Shown one piece after another: positions 28,788-38,095 of a stretch of 64,000 bases of DNA. The position numbers and the translations under genes are program-made. The stretch is from Nitrosopumilaceae archaeon (GTDB lineage Archaea > Thermoproteota > Nitrososphaeria > Nitrososphaerales > Nitrosopumilaceae). The stretch covers positions 1,600,001 through 1,664,000 of the forward strand of contig OZ242365.1 of the NCBI GenBank assembly GCA_965208905.1, written 5' to 3'. The notes beneath the pieces are model-generated. The model made no database searches. It was not told where the DNA came from and saw only the letters and a program-made list of their open reading frames with translations. The first letter of the stretch is position 1; each line of letters opens with the position of its first letter.

Positions 28788-30574
28788 TGATACCTGACAT
28801 ACACAAGACGCTCTCCGAGCGATACGTTGCCATTCCACATGCCGACCTGCCCGACGGCTTTACCGACAATCCCGAACCCGTGCTTTGGAAACTAATCGAC
28901 GAGTATAAGGAGTGTGTGTTCCGTACATCTCCCGAGCTGGTGCAGAGGCACAATGACTGGTCCGTGCGCATAGGGGTGGACGCAGACAACACCATACCCG
29001 TAAAGGATGTGGGCGTATCGCAGACAGGCAGGTATGTGCAGATACGCGGCATGGCGGCGCGCATAGGCCAGCCAACCCCGCGCGTTCTGGAGATAGCATG
29101 GGTGTGCCAGAAGTGCGAAAATGTGACGCGCAAGCCGCCGTCGGCGGGAAAGCCCGTGTGCTCGTGCGGTTCGCAGAACTTTAAGGTTGATCAGGACGGA
29201 TCAACCTTTGTTGACTCGCAGACAGTCATACTGGCCGAGAGGTTTGAGGAGATAACCGGCTCTAGGCCCCCAAGACTGCTGAGCTGCAGGCTGGACGGAA
29301 CGTTGATTCAGATACTCAACCCCGGAGATCGGTGCGTGGTGGGCGGCATACTCCGGATACTTGAGACCAAGCATGGATATGAGTATGAGTTGCAGGCCAA
29401 CAACGTCACACCATATAGGGAAAAGACGGTGGAGCCGCCACAACTGGAGGGTGACATACTTGAGAAGCTGGCAAAGTCGTTCGCGCCCCGCATATACGGC
29501 CATGAGATGCTAAAAAAGTCCATCATACTGTTGCTTGTAGGCGGCTCGGGTGCGATGGGTGGCCGCACAAACATAAACATGCTGCTTGTGGGGGATCCCG
29601 GGATTGCAAAGTCCTCACTTCTGCAGGATGCAGCGGACGTGGCGCCGCTGGGCAGATATACATCGGGACGCGGCGCGACCGCAGCGGGTTTGACGGCCGG
29701 CGTGGCGCGAGATAAGGACGGTGTGATGTATCTGGAGGCTGGAGCCGTCGTCTTGACCGATGGTGGTACTGTGTGTATTGATGAGTTTGACAAGACGGCG
29801 AAGGCAGACCGTACAGCCTTACACGAGGTCATGGAGCAGCAGACCGTCAGCATAACAAAGATTGGCACGATTGTCACACTGAAGGCTCGCGTATCCATAC
29901 TGGCGGCCGCCAACCCCAAAAAGTCTTTCTGGGACGACTCACTGTCGTTGGCTGAGAATATCAGTCTGCCCGACAGCCTCCTGACCAGGTTTGACTTGAT
30001 ATATGTCCTCCGGGACAAACGTGATGCGGATACGGACCGGAAGGTTGCGCGCCACATACTGCGCGGCGGGAGTGGGGATATTATGCAGCCTGCGGAGATT
30101 ACCGCGTATCTGGATTCGGTGCGCGGTCTTGCACCTGAGATGTCCGAGGAGGCGGCCGCGGCCCTTGAAGACTACTATACAATTGAGCGCCAAAAGTCCG
30201 TTGAGATAAGTATTACAGCGCGCCAACTGGAGGCTGCGCGCCGTCTTGCAGGTGCGCGGGCCAAAATATACCGGCGCGATGCAATAACCACAGATGACGT
30301 AAAGCATGCACTATACCTGCTGAAGAACATGATACAATACACACTGATTGATCCTGAGACTGGCAGACCCGACTACCTCAAGGCCACAACAGGGAAATCG
30401 CGCTCCGTTGTGCGCACCATAGACGAGGCGGTATCGTCTATGGGTGGGGACTTTACGGCCACTGATCTGGATGTACAGATGCCGTTTCTGGACATAGAGC
30501 GCGCTCTGGAGAAACTGCACCAGCAGGGCATACTGATGGAGTCCAAGCCGGGCATATACCGTGTGGTGCGTTAA
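28787..30574 (+). CDS. mcm: MCM helicase (N-terminally shortened)
   Basis: CQKC..CSC Zn motif, GDPGIAKS, TAAGLTA, IDEFDK, HEVMEQQ, AAANP, LLTRFDL. Confidence 0.95.
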   Translation: MIPDIHKTLSERYVAIPHADLPDGFTDNPEPVLWKLIDEYKECVFRTSPELVQRHNDWSVRIGVDADNTIPVKDVGVSQTGRYVQIRGMAARIGQPTPRVLEIAWVCQKCENVTRKPPSAGKPVCSCGSQNFKVDQDGSTFVDSQTVILAERFEEITGSRPPRLLSCRLDGTLIQILNPGDRCVVGGILRILETKHGYEYELQANNVTPYREKTVEPPQLEGDILEKLAKSFAPRIYGHEMLKKSIILLLVGGSGAMGGRTNINMLLVGDPGIAKSSLLQDAADVAPLGRYTSGRGATAAGLTAGVARDKDGVMYLEAGAVVLTDGGTVCIDEFDKTAKADRTALHEVMEQQTVSITKIGTIVTLKARVSILAAANPKKSFWDDSLSLAENISLPDSLLTRFDLIYVLRDKRDADTDRKVARHILRGGSGDIMQPAEITAYLDSVRGLAPEMSEEAAAALEDYYTIERQKSVEISITARQLEAARRLAGARAKIYRRDAITTDDVKHALYLLKNMIQYTLIDPETGRPDYLKATTGKSRSVVRTIDEAVSSMGGDFTATDLDVQMPFLDIERALEKLHQQGILMESKPGIYRVVR

Positions 30575-30616
30575 AGCCATGATGTGGCTTAAACGTCTTC
30601 GACCTGTATGTATTCC

Positions 30617-30826
30617 ATGAGATTTGACAATGCCGCCAAAATAGTAGCGCAGTCAACATTGATGACTGCAATAGTCCAAAGATATGGGGAGAATTGGCAG
30701 AACATTGGGTGGATACGCACGATGCTTGCCGGGTATCTCGGCGCCCTTGAGGGTACCACATCACCTGATGAGGTGCTAGACGAGATGGATGATATGGCAC
30801 GGCGTCTCGGCATGGTGGCAAACTGA
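30617..30826 (+). CDS. Hypothetical protein
   Basis: ATG 28 nt after GCTTAAACG. Confidence 0.6.
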   Translation: MRFDNAAKIVAQSTLMTAIVQRYGENWQNIGWIRTMLAGYLGALEGTTSPDEVLDEMDDMARRLGMVAN

Positions 30827-30857
30827 CTCCTTAAAAGGGATGGGTATGTAATACCGC

Positions 30858-31376
30858 ATGAAAGGTACTATACGGGTGCAAAACATCATGGCACTCGCCA
30901 GCACGGGCCAAAAACTGGATCTAAAACATATAGCCGGACATATACCTGATGCCGTATATACAGATGACTTTCCAGGCATACGGTACCGCATACACGAGTT
31001 GAACTCCAGTGTGTTGTTGTTCCGCTCGGGCAACATAGTCTGCGCGGGGGCCAAGTCCGAAGAACATGTACACAGGGTATATGAGCATATATGCGATATA
31101 CTACGCAGACTCGGCTATGACACACAACAACCAAACATCACAATAACCAACATCGTGGCAACTGCAAACATCGGCCGCGGGCTGGACATGCAGTATGTCT
31201 CCGACCTGCTGCCCGGAGCAAGGTATGAGCCGGAGATGTATGCAGGCGTTACGTATCATGCCAAAAACAGGGTAGTCGCGCGCATACATGCATCAGGCAA
31301 GATAATCTTTGTCGGCGCCCGCTCCATGCAGGACATCGTAGATGCATACAACAACATACGCTCACTGCTGGCATAA
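30858..31376 (+). CDS. tbp: Divergent TATA-binding protein
   Basis: Two repeats: QNIMA..LDL..DFPG..LFRSGNIVCAGAKS and TNIVAT..YEPEMYAG..IHASGKIIFVGARS. Confidence 0.92.
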   Translation: MKGTIRVQNIMALASTGQKLDLKHIAGHIPDAVYTDDFPGIRYRIHELNSSVLLFRSGNIVCAGAKSEEHVHRVYEHICDILRRLGYDTQQPNITITNIVATANIGRGLDMQYVSDLLPGARYEPEMYAGVTYHAKNRVVARIHASGKIIFVGARSMQDIVDAYNNIRSLLA

Positions 31377-31587
31377 ACCACATGCCGCCTTTTTGGGTTT
31401 CTTCCGCAAAGACACGTACTAAACACGTCCTGTAGATAGCTTGTGTCTGTAACTGTACACGGACCTGCAAAGCGGGGTAAATTTGCTTAAATATTATGAT
31501 GTTTAGTACCGTATAATGGCGTCCGAGCGGCAAACCAGGGTAGTCACACGACCGTACAACAAGGATGTCTTTGCGGGAGGAACCTAA

Positions 31588-31953
31588 ATGTCAAACATAG
31601 AGTGTTTCAAATGCACAGATTGCACTGGATGTTATGACAACTACAAGTGCAAGGATTGCTCAGGCTGTACTGGATGTGTTGAGTGTGGGTGGTGTAAAGA
31701 TTGCTCGGATTGTTGGAGGTGCTATCATAGCACGAACTGCAAGGACTGCCACATAGCGAACGACTGTATTAAATGTGTGGGCTGTGAAAAATCTATGGGT
31801 TGTGTGGACTGTCATTACTGTGAGGGTTGCCTGAATTGTAAAAACTGCCTTCAATGTGTGAATTGCACCAACTGTGTGAATTGCACGGATTGTAAGGATT
31901 GTGAGGGTCTGGTCGGCAAGACCGGCTGGCGAAACAACCAGCCACCTGCTTAA
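31588..31953 (+). CDS. Cys-rich (CxxC)n repeat protein, copy 2
   Basis: 3-residue Cys periodicity; ends LVGKTGWRNNQPPA. Confidence 0.82.
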   Translation: MSNIECFKCTDCTGCYDNYKCKDCSGCTGCVECGWCKDCSDCWRCYHSTNCKDCHIANDCIKCVGCEKSMGCVDCHYCEGCLNCKNCLQCVNCTNCVNCTDCKDCEGLVGKTGWRNNQPPA

Positions 31954-31978
31954 ACGTGATGATGCGGTATGATAGTAA

Positions 31979-32180
31979 ATGGACTGTATGTTTTGCGGTG
32001 GCGAAGTTGGGGTTGAAAACCAAGAGGGGGATGTACATGATGCCTGCTATGATGAATTATGGAGACGGTGGAGGGGAGACCTCTATTTTTTGTGGCGAAG
32101 AATCAGTGGTGTGGGATGCACAGGCCTGTGAACAATGCCAGGCTAATCAGGTGTATGTAGGCTACTCGGGTGGTACATGA
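31979..32180 (+). pseudogene. Frameshifted Zn-finger paralog of 32177..32383
   Basis: MDCMFCGGEVG.EN...HDAC in one frame, IFCGEE...CEQC...YSGGT in another; shift near 32082. Confidence 0.65.
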
Positions 32181-32383
32181 TGGATGTATGCCGATATTGT
32201 GGTGGAGAGATTGGGCCTGAAAACCTTGGCAACAGTGCGCATGACGCATGTTTGTCCGAATATTCCCGGCGGAAGGATTCCGGCCTTTGTGTGTCGTGCG
32301 GTGAAGAGACTGATGGTTATCAGTGCGAGGAATGCCATGGGCGCGGCGGGATGGAGTATGACAACTACCCGGGCGGTACATGA
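32177..32383 (+). CDS. Small double Zn-finger protein
   Basis: CRYC, HDAC, CVSC, CEEC. Confidence 0.75.
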   Translation: MMDVCRYCGGEIGPENLGNSAHDACLSEYSRRKDSGLCVSCGEETDGYQCEECHGRGGMEYDNYPGGT

Positions 32384-32451
32384 TGGTATGCATGTTTGTG
32401 GTGGGGAGACATCTCTGTAACCCTAAAACGAATCCTACCACATAACATATT

Positions 32452-34287
32452 ATGGATTTAAAGTCATTTCTTTCGGCCAAGTCAAAGAAAAGCACGCCCA
32501 TCACATATCAGGTGAACGGCATAAACTACAGAGCACTGTCACCGGACGACCAGCGCGAGCAGGAGGAGGCATTCCTTACGATACTGCGCTCTCTGGAGAA
32601 ACCCGTCGAGATAGCGCGCGCACCGCAGGGTGGTGTACTGTATGACGGCACCGAATACTCGCAGTACATGATATACTTTACATCCGAGCAGGACCTGGAG
32701 GTTCCGCTTCGCCGCGCAGGGTACTCACCCGTTCGGCTGGACAGGCCGTTCACGCACAATGTCAAACAGGAGTATGCAGACCACCTGCAACTGGCCGATG
32801 ACTCGCGCGTGCGCGTATACAACATATACGGTCTAAGGCACGGGCTGAACGAGACGGCCTGGATTATCAACCTGCCCTCGCACGAGATAATCACGCGCAT
32901 ATATCCCATGGAGCCATCAAAGGCAAGAAGCGAACTGACAAAGTTCATCAATGTGGGCGCCTCAAGGATGAACGACCCCACAATAAATTATGATGTGCAG
33001 GAGGCAATACAACTGCGCACGGCCATAAACAATGACGAGACCGGCATGGTGGAGGTATCGATACACGCACTGCAGTACGGCTTTGACGCAAAACATCTGC
33101 GGGAGGAGTGCAGAAACATGGAGCGCACATGCAGGCTCCAACAACTGCGATACACGACCGTGCGCGGCCTGCAGAGAAGGTTGCTTGAGGGGTGGGGCAA
33201 CTCGTTCATATTCGAGATTGGCTCGGCAGCGCTGGCATTCTTTCCGTTTAATTCCGCAGACTTGGTAGAGCCGGGCGGCGTCATACTTGGATACAACAAC
33301 ATGACCGAGACTCCGGTGGTGTATGATTATACGCGCAGGGTAAACTCAAACGTAACGTTTGTCGGTGAATCCGGCAAGGGCAAGTCCACGACCACAAAAA
33401 CATACCTGGACAACTTTCTGTCCCGCTCCACGCAAAACACGATGGTCACCATAATAGACCCGCACGGCGAGTATGTTGCACTCGCAGAGAGGTGGAACTG
33501 CGAGGTGCGCGATCTGGCCAAGCGTGACAATATGGGCCTGGATCCGTTCAGGATATTGGACAATCCATCCAACGCGGTCGGACTTTTGGCAGAGTGTACC
33601 GGCATGGATGATGCCGCAAAGTCCGTCTGCATATCCCAATGTGAAGGCATACAGTCCGTACACGACATGCATAAGACATTGGATACATCAGACTACCAGA
33701 AGGATGTATCAAGACGTGCGGCGGCATATCTTGCGCAGTTCACGTCATCCGATATCGCGGGGATATTTGAGGGAGATCCCACCGCCCCGCAGCGTGTAAT
33801 ATACACACTGCGCGGGGAGGACAAGACCAGGCTGAACGCGATGCTTGTATCGATGGTGATGGCGCGCGCCTGGCGCTCGATGCGCGAGGCCGAGACGCAT
33901 ACGCCAAAACTTTTCGTGATAGACGAGGGGTGGTACGTATCATCGATGGATGCGACCGGAGCAATACTTTCGGATATAGCCCGTTCGGGCCGCAAGGAGA
34001 ACGTGCATCTGCTGTTTTTGACCCAAGAGCCGGACGACATACTGAACAACCAGTACGGCAAGGATGTGCTGATGAACTCCGATACTACGTTTTTGCTGGG
34101 CCTGAAGCCCGCACTGGCCGACCAGCTGCAGTCGGTACTACATTTGTCGGATACCGAGAAGAAGGATGTCGAACGACTGGGTCTGGGTGATTGCATTCTG
34201 CGGGCCGGAGCCAACCGCATATACATGCACTGTACGCCCACTGCGCAACAGATGACGGCATTTACGACCAAGCCTGGTGATGTGTAA
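32452..34287 (+). CDS. VirB4-like conjugation/secretion ATPase
   Basis: GESGKGKS, IDPHGEY, FVIDEGW, RSGRK, TQEP. Confidence 0.85.
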   Translation: MDLKSFLSAKSKKSTPITYQVNGINYRALSPDDQREQEEAFLTILRSLEKPVEIARAPQGGVLYDGTEYSQYMIYFTSEQDLEVPLRRAGYSPVRLDRPFTHNVKQEYADHLQLADDSRVRVYNIYGLRHGLNETAWIINLPSHEIITRIYPMEPSKARSELTKFINVGASRMNDPTINYDVQEAIQLRTAINNDETGMVEVSIHALQYGFDAKHLREECRNMERTCRLQQLRYTTVRGLQRRLLEGWGNSFIFEIGSAALAFFPFNSADLVEPGGVILGYNNMTETPVVYDYTRRVNSNVTFVGESGKGKSTTTKTYLDNFLSRSTQNTMVTIIDPHGEYVALAERWNCEVRDLAKRDNMGLDPFRILDNPSNAVGLLAECTGMDDAAKSVCISQCEGIQSVHDMHKTLDTSDYQKDVSRRAAAYLAQFTSSDIAGIFEGDPTAPQRVIYTLRGEDKTRLNAMLVSMVMARAWRSMREAETHTPKLFVIDEGWYVSSMDATGAILSDIARSGRKENVHLLFLTQEPDDILNNQYGKDVLMNSDTTFLLGLKPALADQLQSVLHLSDTEKKDVERLGLGDCILRAGANRIYMHCTPTAQQMTAFTTKPGDV

Positions 34288-34523
34288 TGTCGAAGGTTCT
34301 TGCGCAGCGTACTGTACAGGCATCCGGGAATAATATAACATGTGAGATCATTGCTACCGGGAACGGACCTGCACTCAAGGTAGAGGATTGTCCTCTTGTG
34401 CCGCTATCATTGGCGGAGACGCATAAACTGCTGTATAGGTTCGCGCGTGCAACACCTGGTGATGGGGAGGGGCTTACGCCGGCCGGTGAACGGCTGGCGG
34501 CAGTATTGGGGGAGTTGGTATGA
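34287..34523 (+). CDS. Hypothetical protein
   Basis: Translationally coupled between VirB4 and SSB. Confidence 0.6.
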   Translation: MSKVLAQRTVQASGNNITCEIIATGNGPALKVEDCPLVPLSLAETHKLLYRFARATPGDGEGLTPAGERLAAVLGELV

Positions 34524-34801
34524 AGCAGTACGACAACCTCAAGTATGCGCAGCGCGCCGGCTCAGATATTACTTTACGCTGTACAATACATGCAGTATAC
34601 CCCATAGAGAAGCGGGGAGGGGTTGATGTGCGCAGACTGGACATAACAGATGGTACAATGACGGCAAAACTCGTGGTGTTTGGCAATCAAGCCCAAATGC
34701 CGTACAAAAAGGAGCATAGTATAGTTGCCGGGCCCGTATATTATAGCGACCAGTACCAGAACTTTTCACTAAAGCGCGGCGGCTTCATACACATTCAGTA
34801 G
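34520..34801 (+). CDS. OB-fold ssDNA-binding protein
   Basis: LDITDGTMTAKLVVFG...SLKRGG resembles archaeal SSB/RPA OB fold. Confidence 0.65.
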   Translation: MKQYDNLKYAQRAGSDITLRCTIHAVYPIEKRGGVDVRRLDITDGTMTAKLVVFGNQAQMPYKKEHSIVAGPVYYSDQYQNFSLKRGGFIHIQ

Positions 34802-35586
34802 AGACCCGCGGCCTTGTCCTTCTCGTGCTGTTGTACAACACTCTCAAATGTTACGTCCGGCTCCTTGGCCTCCCAAAATCCCTCGGGCGCGCCTGCCCAC
34901 TCCTCACCGCAGAATATGCAGTTGCTGAATTTGGGGTACTTGTTGTAATACTCTCCATATGAGTAGTGTATCATACATTCGTGCTGGCCTCCCTCCGGAC
35001 ACGTACCACATCGCACCCGGCCAATCGCAGTATATGTGTCCACCAAATCCAGATACCTCAATGTGTCTTTCTTGAATGGCGCTATACGCATGGAGTCCAA
35101 CTCCTTCTTGGTGGCGCACCTTGGCTTCTCCCAGGGTTCGTCCCACGGTATCTTCTCCGGCCTTATGTTATCACAGCTGTTCATCGTACTCCCGCAGTAA
35201 ATGCAGTTGCACTCTACTTTGTCCGGCGTCACAGTAACGATATACGCATGGTGCTTTAGATTTACATCATAGTTTATCTCTTCATGGCGAAGTTTGTCTC
35301 CCAGTCCGTGTATCCTCATCTCCATCCTTGTTCTGTCATCACTATCCCCGAAAAGCGTCTTGGTATCGTCATCCTTGATGGTATCACACCTGCCAAAATT
35401 GTACCGCCCTACAAACATTTTGGGGCCTACGCGATCCATGTAATCCCAATCCTCTCCTGCCCCCTTCATGTCTAGGCGGACAAACTTCTCCCATGCTGTC
35501 TGCCTGGCGCGCCGTGTACGAACGCCTGCATCAGTTGGCTTGTAGTTGGGATTGGTCATATCGACCTCCCGTTTTGGCTCTGCCAT
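34795..35586 (-). CDS. Hypothetical Cys/His-containing protein
   Basis: 263-aa ORF with CxCxxC and CxxC motifs. Confidence 0.7.
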   Translation of the reverse strand: MAEPKREVDMTNPNYKPTDAGVRTRRARQTAWEKFVRLDMKGAGEDWDYMDRVGPKMFVGRYNFGRCDTIKDDDTKTLFGDSDDRTRMEMRIHGLGDKLRHEEINYDVNLKHHAYIVTVTPDKVECNCIYCGSTMNSCDNIRPEKIPWDEPWEKPRCATKKELDSMRIAPFKKDTLRYLDLVDTYTAIGRVRCGTCPEGGQHECMIHYSYGEYYNKYPKFSNCIFCGEEWAGAPEGFWEAKEPDVTFESVVQQHEKDKAAGLY

Positions 35587-35676
35587 ACTGAGTATTGTAT
35601 TGGTGGCATAAAAGGGGTGGGGGCGTCAAGAAACGCAGACTATACAAAACCATCAACGTTGTGGGTTTAAGGGGAA

Positions 35677-35745
35677 GGGTGGCGGGTGTGCCGGGCCCGC
35701 ACCACCCAGACATGATACAACGAGGGAGAATAAACCCCGCCCGGC
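35677..35745 (-). ncRNA. GCCGGGC pseudoknot small RNA
   Basis: Starts 28 nt after GGCCTTAAA; promoter plus 5' end (~41 bp) identical to 15310-15351; hairpin GGGUGG-UG-CGG/CCG-CCACCC with GCCCGGC in loop. Confidence 0.72.
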
Positions 35746-35815
35746 TGGTTATACAAAGCATGGTTGCATTTAAGGCCACATATGACGTTAAACGTGGTGG
35801 CACCGTAAGTTAACC

Positions 35816-36622
35816 ATGAGTGCACAATTCCAGGTGAGCAGCGGCAGAAATCAGTACCATCTAATCCCGTATGTTGGCAACAAGTCTGGATTCTCCCACA
35901 TATTTGACAGTCTTATCCCGAATTCAATACGGGGGAAGAATATATTTGATCTGTTCGGTGGCGGGGGGTCGTTCTCCATATACTGTTCGTACAGGTTTGG
36001 CGCCAAATACGTCACGTATAACGACAATAATCCAATAATCACCAATTTTATCGACTGGGTCAGGAGAGATCCAAGGGAACTGGCAGCAGAATACAACACA
36101 CACAGGGAAAAATCAGACAATCAATACTATCTGGGTATACGCGACATGTCGCTGGATGATGGTGTGGTTGGGGCGGGGAGATTCCTGTATCTGGCAAAGA
36201 ACGCATTCTCAGGCAAGATTCGCTTCAACAAACACAATAAATTCAACTCGCCCATGAGGAAAGACTCCAAATGCCCGAATCTGGATGTCGGGCAGTTTAT
36301 GCGCATAAGTGATGCAATACGGGAGATGACAATAACAAATGAGAGTTTTGAGCATTATGTTGATGTTCATGACGGGTTTGTCTATCTGGATCCCCCATAC
36401 ATGGAGAATCCAAACAACCACTACAACGGTGTACCCGATACCGAAGATTTCATCGACTTTGTCAGGAGGGTGGGCAAGCATAACCTGGTGATGATATCCG
36501 AGCAGAATAGGGTTGAACTGCCTGCATCATTTCAAATACATCGCATATTACTGAGGCGTTCACTTCAATACAGAACGCAGACAGACAGTAGGGAGATAAT
36601 CGCCATTAATTACCGCACATGA
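35816..36622 (+). CDS. Dam/D12-class adenine methyltransferase, no adjacent cognate nuclease
   Basis: PYVGNK, DLFGGGGS, DPPY. Confidence 0.9.
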   Translation: MSAQFQVSSGRNQYHLIPYVGNKSGFSHIFDSLIPNSIRGKNIFDLFGGGGSFSIYCSYRFGAKYVTYNDNNPIITNFIDWVRRDPRELAAEYNTHREKSDNQYYLGIRDMSLDDGVVGAGRFLYLAKNAFSGKIRFNKHNKFNSPMRKDSKCPNLDVGQFMRISDAIREMTITNESFEHYVDVHDGFVYLDPPYMENPNNHYNGVPDTEDFIDFVRRVGKHNLVMISEQNRVELPASFQIHRILLRRSLQYRTQTDSREIIAINYRT

Positions 36623-36795
36623 TGGGGGGCTGGTAAGAAACGCTGACCTAATCGTCGTTGTTAGTTGGTGGGTGTGCGTTGCTTTTGAGCAGACCGCCGA
36701 ATGATACCAAGCAGACTACCAACAACCATGATGTAGGTCACATCTATCTGTCACGCCGAACAGTACTACAAGCAGCATGGTAGTGAGTAACCCCA

Positions 36796-36900
36796 GGAAG
36801 ACTTGGCATGGGTGCTGGTGCAAAGCCTGCCGGGGCTGCCGGCGCAGCCGTGGGTAAGGCTGGTGGCGGCCCAGGTACAAAAGCCACATAGCGCCTTAAA
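36796..36900 (+). repeat. Copy of the 3' end of the VirB6-like gene (9705-9809) plus its downstream promoter
   Basis: ~96 bp match with a 9-bp deletion and 5 substitutions. Confidence 0.9.
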
Positions 36901-36923
36901 CGTAACCGGTATGATTACGGGGC

Positions 36924-37037
36924 ATGCCGTTCAAGTGCGATTGGTGTGGGGAGATATGCGATGACAGCCTCCGTACAGCAATTCCCAATACATGTCGATA
37001 TTGTGAGGATACGGCTACTGACTTTTCACGGGAATAG
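36924..37037 (+). CDS. 37-aa Zn-finger microprotein MPFKCDWCGEICDDSLRTAIPNTCRYCEDTATDFSRE
   Basis: Hand-translated; two CxxC; ATG 28 nt after GCGCCTTAAA. Confidence 0.75.
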   Translation: MPFKCDWCGEICDDSLRTAIPNTCRYCEDTATDFSRE

Positions 37038-37236
37038 TTTCATACATGAATAAACACTACTCATGCCTTTTTTGGAGCCATGTATTGTACCCTGCGCAGC
37101 GCTGGTTTGTTGCCGCCGTGCCAGAGTGCCAGTTTTGCGGATACGAGATATACAACGGGACAGTCCACAAATTATTGTAATGGGTCAGGAGTCAGGATGT
37201 GTTGCACGTAGATTATCCGGCCTTGCGCAGTACCTT

Positions 37237-37770
37237 TTATCTGTTCTCCAGTTCCATTAGTAGTTGTCGTTTCTTCTGAATGGCATCCAAAAGATGGTTG
37301 GAGTACCACGGGCTTATATGCTCATTGCGCTTGGCTATCTCTTCGTATCGGTCCAGCGGCCCACGGTCACTTAATATCCGCACACATGCATCCATACATT
37401 CCAGTTCAGCATATTCTTTCTGGAGTTTAACCAATTCACGCCCGTCTGCGCGACCGATCTTCTCCTTGACGGCGCGCATCTCTGCCTCATAAAAACACGG
37501 TCTGTCCAAAACTCTCAACTGTTCCACCGACCTCATGAGGGCGCCAGCGAACCAGGGAGATGCGTGTTCGGCGCGCTTGGCTATCTCTTCGTATCGGTCC
37601 AGCGGCCCACGGTCACTTAATATCCGCACACATGCATCCATACATTCCAGTTCAGCATACTCATCTTGGAGTTTGGTTATAATGGTATGATTGCCATTTT
37701 GTTCTGCTCGTCTGATGTCATCAAGTTTGCTTTTCATCTGCGTTGCCCAGTAACCTTCCATACATACCAT
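37237..37770 (-). CDS. Helical protein with internal duplication
   Basis: 87-bp perfect repeat 37327-37413 / 37573-37659. Confidence 0.7.
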   Translation of the reverse strand: MVCMEGYWATQMKSKLDDIRRAEQNGNHTIITKLQDEYAELECMDACVRILSDRGPLDRYEEIAKRAEHASPWFAGALMRSVEQLRVLDRPCFYEAEMRAVKEKIGRADGRELVKLQKEYAELECMDACVRILSDRGPLDRYEEIAKRNEHISPWYSNHLLDAIQKKRQLLMELENR

Positions 37771-37810
37771 ATACCAACTATGTTTTTAAACGTGGTGCGT
37801 GTAGGAATGT

Positions 37811-37999
37811 GTGTCACCTGAAACCGAATACAACGATCTTATGGATGAAAAAATAAGATTGGGTAAATTTATAGCAGTAGTGGAAAATGAAATATCTCGC
37901 TTCGAAGTTGAGATTGAGGTGGGTAAACTACGCATATCAGAAGCAGAAGATAGAATTACCGAGATTGATGTACGGTTGGCCGAAATTCAGGGCACTTAA
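37811..37999 (+). CDS. Small acidic coiled-coil protein
   Basis: Heptad pattern; shares bidirectional TTTTTAAA box. Confidence 0.6.
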   Translation: MSPETEYNDLMDEKIRLGKFIAVVENEISRFEVEIEVGKLRISEAEDRITEIDVRLAEIQGT

Positions 38000-38095
38000 T
38001 GGTTGGGACTGGTAAGTTAGCGTGAGATACCAGCCTGCGTTTCCACATATGTTGGCGCCGGGTTTCATCAGCACCACCGTACCCCAATCATCAAG

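Noticed and set aside
36796-37659. Diversity-generating retroelement TR/VR pairs
   Set aside because: Differences are not adenine-specific (or absent), and no reverse transcriptase is in the window.
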